Shown: positions 26,401 to 33,610 of the stretch, one piece after another
How the letters are laid out: the number at the start of each line of letters is the position of its first letter
Numbering within the stretch: position 1 is the stretch's first letter
Assembly: GCA_016939335.1 (NCBI GenBank)
Contig: JAFGHC010000002.1
Coordinates: 2,147-66,146 of the forward strand
Reading direction: 5' to 3'
Origin: Candidatus Saganbacteria bacterium
GTDB lineage: Bacteria; Margulisbacteria; WOR-1; O2-12-FULL-45-9; XYB2-FULL-48-7
DNA length: 64,000 nt
The notes under the pieces: generated by a model
Database searches by the model: none
What the model was told of the DNA's origin: nothing
What the model saw: the letters and a program-made list of their open reading frames with translations, nothing else
Made by a program: the position numbers and the translations under genes

Positions 26401-28257
26401 CGGCAAAAATGGGTTAAACAGCTTTAAGTCAGCCAACTCAAGTTTCCGGCTGTAAATTGACAGCTTGGTCGGCAGGCCAAGGCCGGTCACTCCGCCGAGG
26501 CGGACGACCGATTGGCCAGCCTTGATAAAGGCATCGGTCAAATCGACCTTCCCCTCGCCGATGGCGATCTCGCCCCGGGCTTCGGAGAAGAGCTGGTCGC
26601 CGATCCGCCCGCTGGAAAGCGCCACGGTGCCGGAAGCGGTCAGGCGCCTTAAGGGCTGGGCCAGGAATTCCTGGTTCAGTTGCCAGCGGGTCCGGCCTTT
26701 AAACTTATCGAGTGTCGCTTCCATTTCACCGAAGAGCCCCCGGCCTTTAAGGTGCAGACCGGCGGCTTCGGCCTGCAAGTCAAAGACCAGGTCGGAACTG
26801 ACAGCGCCGCTGGCGTGGAAGGCGACTTGGCCGGCGGTGGCCGAGAGATCTTCCAGCGTAAAGTTATTGTTCGCCAGCTTGAAAGCGGACGAGACTTTTT
26901 CCATCGGCTGGCCGAAAACCAAGCCCCGCGCCAGTTTGGCGCTTAGCCTGCCTTTCAACTCTTTGACCGGACCGGCCAACTCCAAACTGCCGTCGGCCTC
27001 GCCTTCGATCCCCGGCGCCTGTTGGGCCAGTGTGGCCAGGTCCAGGCCGGAGAATTTGGCGGTCAGGCTGAGTTGCGGCTGGTCTTTTAATTGCAATTTT
27101 AAATATCCGGCCAGCAAGCCGTTGTAAAGCTTGAGATTGGCGGAGTTGGCTGCCAGGACGCCGTCACGAAAAGCAAAACGGAACGATCCCTTGACCGCTT
27201 GCCCGTAAACGGAGCCGCGGGCGACGGTGACTTCGCCGGAAAGCAGCGAATCAGCAAGGTTGTCGTTCAGCTTGATGACGGCCGAGGCCCGGCCGTCCAG
27301 ATCAAAGGTCAGTGGCCGATCGGTGACCCGGGCCGCCAGATTTTTCAACGCCAGGTTTTTGTCATCGATAAAAAGATCACCGTTGACCGAGCTGGCCTGG
27401 TATTTGTCGAAATCGGCCGCCGCATCGTGAAAATGGACCTGCGCGATCAGCGCGGCGGCCCAGCCTTTGGTTTTGGGCGGAGAGACGCGCAGGGTGACGT
27501 CGGCCGCGCCGTGGTGGAAAGTTAAGCCGGGGAGCGGAACGGTGTAATCCCCCCATTTTTTAAGGTCTAATTTTTCCGCTTCGACGTTCAGTTCATATTT
27601 ATAGTTCTTCAGATTGAACAAGCCGCGCCCTTTGACGCTCTCGGGTAGCCGGCCCGAGAACGAGAACTTCAGTTCATCGCGGCCGCGCAGATCGAGCCGG
27701 CCCCGGAGCGCTTCGGCGTGGGCCGAGAAAACGGCCGGCTGGGAGCGGAAGCCGCGCTGGTCGGAATAATCGGCCCGGCAGTTGCGGAAAATGACCTGAC
27801 CGCGGAAGGGCGGCGGCCCGCCCGCTTCTCCGCCGCCGGCGAACGCGGCGAGCGCCGGAAAATTCCCCTCGCGGTCGCGCTCGATCCGGAAAAAACCGCC
27901 CACAACGGTGATCCTGGTCAGGGCGGCGACCATGTCCCCTTTGGCCAGCGCGAGCCGGACAGGGTTGTAGTTTAGGACGATCTTGTCGGCGCGGCCCAGC
28001 CCGGCGATCGTGACCTGATTCAGCTCGATCCGGCCGACCAGCGGCCCGCTGGCGCTTTCGATCGAAACACTGCGGTTGAAGAGCGAAGAAAAACTGCCGA
28101 CCGCCTGTGTCCTGACAGTATCGTAAAGCGAAGAACGCCACTCTTTAAGGGAAAAGCCGGAAGCGAACAGTATCACGGCGAGCAGAAAAGCGGAGGGGGC
28201 GAATTTCCTGATCAAAAGACGACCCCGACCACGAGAGCGAAAAGAGGCGAGAGGCAA
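23428..28257 (-). CDS. TamB/AsmA-like translocation-and-assembly-module protein (DUF490 C-terminus), 1609 aa
   Basis: N-terminal signal anchor (FAPSAFLLAVILFASGF), a long beta-rich repetitive body and a C-terminal DUF490-like region (LDLESLTLEYNFGPQIGEALGVRDIKGFE...). Encoded immediately upstream of the Omp85 gene. Confidence 0.7.
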   Translation of the reverse strand: MPLASFRSRGRGRLLIRKFAPSAFLLAVILFASGFSLKEWRSSLYDTVRTQAVGSFSSLFNRSVSIESASGPLVGRIELNQVTIAGLGRADKIVLNYNPVRLALAKGDMVAALTRITVVGGFFRIERDREGNFPALAAFAGGGEAGGPPPFRGQVIFRNCRADYSDQRGFRSQPAVFSAHAEALRGRLDLRGRDELKFSFSGRLPESVKGRGLFNLKNYKYELNVEAEKLDLKKWGDYTVPLPGLTFHHGAADVTLRVSPPKTKGWAAALIAQVHFHDAAADFDKYQASSVNGDLFIDDKNLALKNLAARVTDRPLTFDLDGRASAVIKLNDNLADSLLSGEVTVARGSVYGQAVKGSFRFAFRDGVLAANSANLKLYNGLLAGYLKLQLKDQPQLSLTAKFSGLDLATLAQQAPGIEGEADGSLELAGPVKELKGRLSAKLARGLVFGQPMEKVSSAFKLANNNFTLEDLSATAGQVAFHASGAVSSDLVFDLQAEAAGLHLKGRGLFGEMEATLDKFKGRTRWQLNQEFLAQPLRRLTASGTVALSSGRIGDQLFSEARGEIAIGEGKVDLTDAFIKAGQSVVRLGGVTGLGLPTKLSIYSRKLELADLKLFNPFLPPEVREASGTASFEVEVSGELSKETQLVSFDPLLDLTVRGRAALQNGTIAGTPLTSALLKFDWQDRSLELTDCRIVTPASRLALALSYRQDGSLSGSLEGEAHLNQYQNLTAHYAKIGGWAALRLNFNGSLAAPQAAVAFRLDNFVFDDLYFDNITGSLTYSADRLATTRPITITNGTDVYSLAGSLALDRQTPEAGVLDLNCRVLRAELASAYRMAAKIQGEIARRRPTVERNKPLTSLDLSVFKLPRKERFSRNGKLRLYAGEGNKPYFLAAWRQAWQLSEKAAAAAPEENLGGRLTAEATLTGPLNALTGRFSGRLDHGYFREFSFDSFDAAATLKEQSFKIEKALLAKGNGTLAARGSCGFDGVLSLGLAGRSLPLDILAIAFPHKQFKGKIDLNASLSGPWQNLSLLLDAGGKNLSLGGISYNEVSLSAAKKGPLVSLKKLALKQGGELSSASGEVVLAHPGRLNLEVRFKNDALGLFNLLTDQVAWRGGRADLFVRVSGTLDEPEINGNLTLAGGRLTLTSLDSELRDLTGGASVEGGVMTVPGLTGTWTGKRTNEIRNPVGLAGVLDLRRALKQKGALDLNLSFSPTRLYAAFPNLFIGTLDLKSLALRGPVFFDGSAGPLLSGSVEVSNAVITLPSSGGGGQLYPLRLNLDVNLARNAYAVMGDVATLNLSNILMNLEVGGRLAITGPLAGPDLLGRITIKRGTINIFNREFSLLTPELQKKFNSYGVGSLPQNTVNFNGEGVQPALDLTAVVDVDDQEKDASGVYVKKKVSIMAYLKGVMGAKEEERSLKISLSGYTEDKSKSPPAMVPAAYSEQDLKVMLLPDFIKSLTGINQAQGGEQQVDTNAVVADYLNSRVQSLLFRSLEREAEQRLDLESLTLEYNFGPQIGEALGVRDIKGFEQQKPAWSVGFVKGFFDRLYLDVRYAQGADQTATTTSGQTYFNYQLTYKLTPIWSIIYYSEPVMVSQPSGDQKVTLSAGFSFW

Positions 28258-28562
28258 AGCTCCAGCGCCAGTTCCGCTTTGGTCTTGACCTTTTGCGGGA
28301 CCAGTCCCGGTTCTCCCGCCTTGAAGAGCGGAAGAAAGCCGAGCGCGGCCACCCGGCCCGCGATTTTAACCATGATAATGAGCGGCAGCCACCAGAGCGG
28401 CGCAGCCTTGAGCAGGCAGGCGGCGATCAGCGCCCGCTCCGCCACGCCATCCCAGTCAAAGGCGAATCCGGCCTTTTCTTGGAGCAGGAAATTGTTCAGG
28501 TAATGGATCAGAAAAGAGCCGCCGAAAGCGGCAATCGCGAGCGTCCCCCAAAATTGCCACAT
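28212..28562 (-). CDS. Small integral membrane protein (hypothetical), overlaps TamB-like start
   Basis: 116 aa, 3-4 predicted TM helices, overlaps the downstream gene by 46 bp. Confidence 0.4.
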   Translation of the reverse strand: MWQFWGTLAIAAFGGSFLIHYLNNFLLQEKAGFAFDWDGVAERALIAACLLKAAPLWWLPLIIMVKIAGRVAALGFLPLFKAGEPGLVPQKVKTKAELALELCLSPLFALVVGVVF

Positions 28563-28609
28563 GATGGGCTAATATAGCGTATGAAAAAAGAAAAAGCAAG
28601 GCGGCCGGG

Positions 28610-28660
28610 ACCCTCATCCGCTGGCGTTTAACCGGCCCCCTTCTCCCAGAGGGAGAAGGT
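28610..28660 (+). repeat. REP-like ~52-bp intergenic repeat element, copy 1 (contains 9-bp hairpin CCTTCTCCC-aga-GGGAGAAGG)
   Basis: gACCCTCAtCCGCTGGCgTTTAACCGGCCcCCtTCTCCCAGAGGGAGAaGG; a near-identical copy lies at ~30811-30861. Confidence 0.6.
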
Positions 28661-28693
28661 AATAACAGCTATTTTATGGCAGCCGGCTGATTC

Positions 28694-29785
28694 TTAGAAG
28701 CCGATCGTGATGTCGGCCACGGTCGTGGTCGCGCCCGAATTCTTGGCGTCGGCCACCGTGACGATCCCGAGTTTTGTGACTGCCAGATTAAGTTCCAGGC
28801 CGGCGGTGGTCAGCGAAAGGTTCGGTCCGGAAGCGGCCCCGGCCCGCAGGACAAGCAAGCCGTAGAGCATCGGATATTCAATACCGAGATGGGTGTTGGT
28901 GTCGGTCTTGGTCATTTCCAGGTCGGCGGCGACGCCGGCGCCGATTACCGGGATCGTGGCGTAAGCGCCGACGGCGGTCGAACTGTCGATATTGACCGTC
29001 TGGTCGGGCAGGGCAGTGCTCGCGCCAAAGCTAACGGTGCCGGTCAGCTGATTGAGAGTCGCGGCCTGCCGGGTCATTTTCAGCGTGTAGCTGGTCGACA
29101 AATTACGCACCACCGCGCCGACCGCCACTTTGGAAACGTACGGCACATTAAAGGAAGTCAGTACGCCGATGTCATACCCCATGCCGGTGCCGGTACCGGT
29201 ATCCTGATTGCCGGTCGCCGTCGTCTGGCCGACCGCGGAACTGACCGTCATGCTGCCGGCAACGCCATTGAGCGCCTTTAAATTGACGCCGACGTCAAGG
29301 GCGGCCGGCAAGCGGGGAACGGCAAAGGTCGTGCCTAAAGTCAGGACGGCATCATAATGACCACTGGCGACCGCTGTGCCACCCAGGCTGTTGGCCGGTT
29401 TGTTGACGGTCGTGGTCAGCACCGGGATGACGCTTAAGCCGATCTTCCTGACATTGACACCGATCAGCCCGAAAAGACTGCCGGTGAAGTTCAAATTATT
29501 GGCGTAATTGCTTAAGAGAAAGGATGCCGGATCAGTGGCTTTGCTCAAGGCGTTCGACAGGGTCGTGGGATCAGTATAAGCAGCCCCAAGGTCGATCTTG
29601 ACTTCGGTAACCACGACCTTGCTGCGCATCAGGGCGGCTGGATTGTAATAGGCGGCCGAGAGGTCGTTACTGGCGGCGACGCCCGCCCCGCCCATGCCGG
29701 CGGCCCGTCCGCCGATCAGCGACTGGGCTTGCGCGACGGAAGCGCAGAGCGCGAGGAACAGGAGCAAGGAAAGGGCTTTCTTCAT
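28694..29785 (-). CDS. Outer-membrane beta-barrel protein, FadL/TodX-like N-terminal hatch motif
   Basis: Signal peptide MKKALSLLLFLALCASVAQA, then GGRAAGMGGAGVAASNDLSAAYYNPAAL (resembles the FadL/TodX N-terminal motif), alternating beta-strand pattern and a C-terminal ...DITIGF aromatic terminus. Confidence 0.55.
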   Translation of the reverse strand: MKKALSLLLFLALCASVAQAQSLIGGRAAGMGGAGVAASNDLSAAYYNPAALMRSKVVVTEVKIDLGAAYTDPTTLSNALSKATDPASFLLSNYANNLNFTGSLFGLIGVNVRKIGLSVIPVLTTTVNKPANSLGGTAVASGHYDAVLTLGTTFAVPRLPAALDVGVNLKALNGVAGSMTVSSAVGQTTATGNQDTGTGTGMGYDIGVLTSFNVPYVSKVAVGAVVRNLSTSYTLKMTRQAATLNQLTGTVSFGASTALPDQTVNIDSSTAVGAYATIPVIGAGVAADLEMTKTDTNTHLGIEYPMLYGLLVLRAGAASGPNLSLTTAGLELNLAVTKLGIVTVADAKNSGATTTVADITIGF

Positions 29786-29867
29786 AATAATAGTACCTCC
29801 CGTAAGAATAAGGCCTGCATAGTAACACAGCAAGTTGATTTGTCAAGCCGGGTGTGTTAAAATTACC

Positions 29868-30485
29868 ATGTTCATGCCCAAAAAAGCAAAACGTAAGCGC
29901 GGTTTGCTGGTCGTGGTTTCCGGGCCGTCGGGAGTCGGGAAATCAACCGTGGTTCGCCGGTTGTTCAAGATCTATCCCGAGCTGGAAATGTCGATCTCCT
30001 CGACCACCCGGCCGCCCCGGCCCGGCGAAGAGCACGGCCGCCATTATTTTTTCGTGACCCAGGAAGAGTTCGACGCGCGGGTCAAGCAGGACCAGTTCCT
30101 GGAGTGGGCCAAGGTCCACGGCAGTTACTACGGGACGCCGCGCAAGTTTATCGAGGCGGAGCTGGCCAAAGGGCGGATCGTCGTGCTTGAGGTTGATGTG
30201 CAGGGGGCGGCCTCGATCAAGCGGGTCGTGGAGGAAGGAAAGCTGAAGGCGGCGGCGGTCTTCGTCTTCCTGATCCCGCCCTCGGTCGACATCCTGGCTT
30301 TCCGGCTGAAGAAGCGGAAAACCGAGGACGAAACGGTGGTCAACTACCGCCTGCGGGCGGCGATCGCCGAGCTGCAGGTGATGGAAAAGTACGATTATAT
30401 TGTCGTCAACGACAAGGTCGAGTCGGCGTCGGAAAAGATCAAGGCGATCATCAATGTTGAAAAAGAAAGGACGTTGCTGAATTGA
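29868..30485 (+). CDS. gmk: Guanylate kinase
   Basis: LLVVVSGPSGVGKSTV P-loop, ...SISSTTRPPRPGEEHGRHYFFV, ...YYGT. Start placed at an internal Met of the listed ORF. Confidence 0.9.
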   Translation: MFMPKKAKRKRGLLVVVSGPSGVGKSTVVRRLFKIYPELEMSISSTTRPPRPGEEHGRHYFFVTQEEFDARVKQDQFLEWAKVHGSYYGTPRKFIEAELAKGRIVVLEVDVQGAASIKRVVEEGKLKAAAVFVFLIPPSVDILAFRLKKRKTEDETVVNYRLRAAIAELQVMEKYDYIVVNDKVESASEKIKAIINVEKERTLLN

Positions 30486-30805
30486 CGGAACTAACGATCG
30501 ACAACTTGCTGACCAAGGCGAAGAACAAATTCCTGCTGGTGAACGCGGCCGCCGGCCGGGCCAAGCAGGTGGCCGAAGGTTCGCTTCCCTACGTCGACAA
30601 TTTCGACCCGACCAATCCGGTCATCACCGCGCTGCGCGAGATCGCGGCCGACAAGATCAGGATCAAAGTGCTGGCCGGCCCGGCCGCCAAGAAGGCGGCC
30701 CAGGAGCTGATCATGGCCGAACAGGAAGAAGCGCCGTCGGCCCTGAAGCGCCTGGCCAAAGAGAAAAAATCCTCGGCCCCGAAAAAAGAGAAGAAGAAAA
30801 AGTAG
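30482..30805 (+). CDS. rpoZ: DNA-directed RNA polymerase subunit omega, with Lys-rich C-terminal tail
   Basis: LLTKAKNKFLLVNAAAGRAKQV... is the RpoZ signature. Overlaps the gmk stop. Confidence 0.8.
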   Translation: MTELTIDNLLTKAKNKFLLVNAAAGRAKQVAEGSLPYVDNFDPTNPVITALREIAADKIRIKVLAGPAAKKAAQELIMAEQEEAPSALKRLAKEKKSSAPKKEKKKK

Positions 30806-30810
30806 GTCCT

Positions 30811-30861
30811 AACCCTCACCCGCTGGCCTTTAACCGGCCTCCCTCTCCCAGAGGGAGAGGG
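30811..30861 (+). repeat. REP-like ~52-bp intergenic repeat element, copy 2 (hairpin CCCTCTCCC-aga-GGGAGAGGG)
   Basis: aACCCTCAcCCGCTGGCcTTTAACCGGCCtCCcTCTCCCAGAGGGAGAgGG. It differs from copy 1 at 5 positions, two of which are compensatory within the stem. Confidence 0.6.
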
Positions 30862-30875
30862 GAAAAACGAAAAAG

Positions 30876-32054
30876 ATGCTGAAAGATAAGACGATAATCC
30901 TCGGTGTCTCCGGCGGCATCGCCGCTTACAAGTCGGCCGCTCTGGTCTCCCGGCTGAAGGACCTGGGCGCCGACGTCTGGGTCGTGATGACCAAGGAGGC
31001 CGCCCGGCTGGTCGCTCCGCTGACCTTCCGCACCCTCTCCGGCAACCCCGTTCTCACCGATCTGTTCAGTGAAGATGCCGCCCGGACGCCGGTGCCGCAT
31101 ATCGCGCTGGCCGACCGGGCCGACCTGCTCATCATCGCTCCCGGCACCGCCAATATCATCGGCAAGATCGCCCACGGGATCGCCGACGACGCGTTGACCA
31201 CTCTTGTCATGGCGACGCAAGCCAGGAAAGTTATCGCCCCGGCGATGAACTGCAACATGTGGCGCAATCCGCTGGTAGGTGAGAATGTCGCAAAGCTGAA
31301 AGGAGCGGGCTGGGAATTCATCGGGCCCGAGGAGGGTAAACTGGCCTGCGGAGATTACGATATCGGGCGGATGACCGAGCCCGAAGAGATCCTGGCCAGG
31401 ATCACCGGCTGGCTGGGCGGCCAGCAGGACCTGAAAGGCAAAAAGTTTTTGATCACGGCGGGCGGGACGCGCGAAGCGATCGATCCGGTCCGCTATATTT
31501 CCAACCGCTCCTCCGGCAAGATGGGCTACGCGCTGGCTGAGGCGGCGCTCCGGCGCGGGGCCGAAGTGACGCTGATCTCCGGGCCGACCCACCTCAAGCC
31601 GCCGTCCGGGGCCAAGCATGTCCCGGTGGAGACCGCCAGGGAGATGCACGAGGCCGTGATGGAGCACAAGGGGGAGCAGTTCGCCATCATTATGGCGGCG
31701 GCCGTCGCCGATTACCGGCCCACCGTCACCTACTGGCAAAAGGTGAAGAAGAGCGAGGACATTCTTGACCTCTCCCTGACCAGAACGGCCGATATCCTGG
31801 CCGCGCTCGGTCAGCAGAAGAACGGCTCGCGGCTCGTCGGCTTTGCTGCCGAGACCAACGATCATATTGAGAACGCGCACGAAAAGCTGAATAAGAAAAA
31901 CCTTGACATGATCGTTGTCAATGATATTGCGGCTTTTGAGTCAGACATTTCGGAGATCAAGATCATTAACCGCGCCGGCCGGGTCGAAGCCTTGGCCCCA
32001 CAAACCAAGAACGAACTCGCCGACAAAATACTCGACCGCCTCCTGGGGCTTTAA
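30876..32054 (+). CDS. coaBC: Bifunctional phosphopantothenoylcysteine decarboxylase / phosphopantothenate-cysteine ligase
   Basis: N-terminal flavoprotein domain (ILGVSGGIAAYKSAALVSRL), C-terminal DFP ligase domain (FLITAGGTREAIDPVRYISNRSSGKMG). Confidence 0.9.
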   Translation: MLKDKTIILGVSGGIAAYKSAALVSRLKDLGADVWVVMTKEAARLVAPLTFRTLSGNPVLTDLFSEDAARTPVPHIALADRADLLIIAPGTANIIGKIAHGIADDALTTLVMATQARKVIAPAMNCNMWRNPLVGENVAKLKGAGWEFIGPEEGKLACGDYDIGRMTEPEEILARITGWLGGQQDLKGKKFLITAGGTREAIDPVRYISNRSSGKMGYALAEAALRRGAEVTLISGPTHLKPPSGAKHVPVETAREMHEAVMEHKGEQFAIIMAAAVADYRPTVTYWQKVKKSEDILDLSLTRTADILAALGQQKNGSRLVGFAAETNDHIENAHEKLNKKNLDMIVVNDIAAFESDISEIKIINRAGRVEALAPQTKNELADKILDRLLGL

Positions 32055-32058
32055 TGGT

Positions 32059-32092
32059 GCTTATAACTTATAACTTATAACTTATAACTTAT
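32059..32092 (+). repeat. Heptanucleotide tandem repeat (CTTATAA)x4.5 in the coaBC-fmdB intergenic spacer
   Basis: gCTTATAACTTATAACTTATAACTTATAACTTAtt. Confidence 0.7.
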
Positions 32093-32096
32093 TAAA

Positions 32097-32321
32097 ATGC
32101 CATTTTACGATTATAAGTGTAATAAGTGCGGAAAGGTCACGGAGCTGGTGCATGGAATGAGTGAAAGCCGGGAGGGTATGGGGTGTGAGGTATGCGGGAA
32201 GGGGAAACTGATCCGGGTCTTTCAGGCGGTCGGCTGGCTGGGCGGCGGCGGCTCACACAGCCATTCCGGCGGGCATTCCTGCTCCTCCTGCAGTTCCGGC
32301 GCCTGCGGCAGCTGCCATTAA
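32097..32321 (+). CDS. FmdB-family zinc-ribbon protein with Gly/Ser/Cys/His-rich C-terminal tail
   Basis: MPFYDYKCNKCGKV...GMGCEVCGKGKL is the FmdB CxxC...CxxC ribbon. The tail GGGGSHSHSGGHSCSSCSSGACGSCH is a possible metal-binding extension. Confidence 0.7.
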   Translation: MPFYDYKCNKCGKVTELVHGMSESREGMGCEVCGKGKLIRVFQAVGWLGGGGSHSHSGGHSCSSCSSGACGSCH

Positions 32322-32324
32322 TAT

Positions 32325-33566
32325 ATGGAATTAGACAGAATTTTATCTGCAAAAAAGGAATCCAAATATTTAGACTTCAAAGAGAAGTTTGATCCCGCCC
32401 AGCCTCGCGAATGGTGTGAAATTATTAAGGATATTGTTGCCATAGCAAATTCTAGTGGCGGCGCGATAGTAATTGGCGTTAAGAATGATGGCAATCCTTC
32501 CAAAGCCGATGTTTCACAATTTCTTCGTTTAGATCCCGCCGAGGTCATCGACAAAATAGCCAAATATACTGGAGAGCAGTTTGACAAATTCAAAATAAAT
32601 GAAGCGGAGAAAAACGGGGACTTGTTAGCAATCTTACTAATTGAAGGGTCCGAATACCCGATGACATTTATAAAGCCTGGGACTTATGATATAGGCGATG
32701 GGAAGCAAGATCGCGCTTTCTCCCAGGGAACTACTTATTTTAGACATGGTGCGAAGAGTGAGCCGGCAAATTCGAAGGATTTAAGAGAATTTGTAGATTA
32801 CAAGATCGAAGTAATAAGAAAATCCTGGCTTGGGGGAATTCGTAAGGTAGTAAAGGCGCCACCGACGTATAAAACCGTTGTTTTGCCGCCCGAAATAAAA
32901 GAATCGACTGCGGGTACGGCAATGCCAATCAGGGTTGTAGATGATCCAGATGCACCAGCTTATAAGAAAGTCTGGGATGAAAATGCATACGAATCTCCTC
33001 AAGAGATGCTTGTTGGCGCCATGAAAAGTTGGAAGCGAGACAAAACTTCGTTTGCTTCAGAGGCCGACCTGAAAGCTCTGTATAAGGCGCGTAAGACGCT
33101 GCGGTTAGACCAGGACAAGGCCGAATGCTTATTAGAAAGCAGCATAAACAGGCACTGCCCGTTTTTCTTTTGGGCAAAACAGTTGTCGAGGGAAAGGCTG
33201 TTCAAGCTTATTGAACGTGTTGCCAAAACAGGGAAGTTCCCTGCGCCGAGCATGGCGCTTAAGTTGGCCTATGCAATTGGCGGGAAAATGGGGAAAGAAC
33301 TTATTGATTTTGTAATATCGGAGTGCCCTTACCCAAGCACGAAAAAGAAAGCCCGAACATATTTGAAGACACTAGCAAAAAAGGATCGTTTGAAAAGAGA
33401 AGTCGGGACACAGATTCTAGTTGGCGGCAAATACGAAAATGTTGCTGCGCTTAAAGCTGGACAAATAGAGGATTTGCTTGATGGATTTGTGGCAGGAAAC
33501 GACAAGGGAAATATAAAACACTTAGATGCATTATTGTATGGTACCGAATTAGAAGCGGCTGATTGA
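32325..33566 (+). CDS. AlbA_2 (Schlafen-like divergent-AAA) domain protein, low-GC, probably horizontally acquired
   Basis: The N-terminal ~120 aa (ESKYLDFKEKFD...IIKDIVAIANSSGGAIVIGVKNDGN) match the AlbA_2/Schlafen core (ExxxxEFK...aFaNtxGGxlxiGvxd). The remaining 290 aa have no recognised domain. GC is ~42% against ~65% for the neighbours. Starts 3 bp after the fmdB stop. Confidence 0.55.
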   Translation: MELDRILSAKKESKYLDFKEKFDPAQPREWCEIIKDIVAIANSSGGAIVIGVKNDGNPSKADVSQFLRLDPAEVIDKIAKYTGEQFDKFKINEAEKNGDLLAILLIEGSEYPMTFIKPGTYDIGDGKQDRAFSQGTTYFRHGAKSEPANSKDLREFVDYKIEVIRKSWLGGIRKVVKAPPTYKTVVLPPEIKESTAGTAMPIRVVDDPDAPAYKKVWDENAYESPQEMLVGAMKSWKRDKTSFASEADLKALYKARKTLRLDQDKAECLLESSINRHCPFFFWAKQLSRERLFKLIERVAKTGKFPAPSMALKLAYAIGGKMGKELIDFVISECPYPSTKKKARTYLKTLAKKDRLKREVGTQILVGGKYENVAALKAGQIEDLLDGFVAGNDKGNIKHLDALLYGTELEAAD

Positions 33567-33610
33567 CATGGCCCTATTTCTAATTATTTCGTTTTGTTAT
33601 ACTCAATAAC

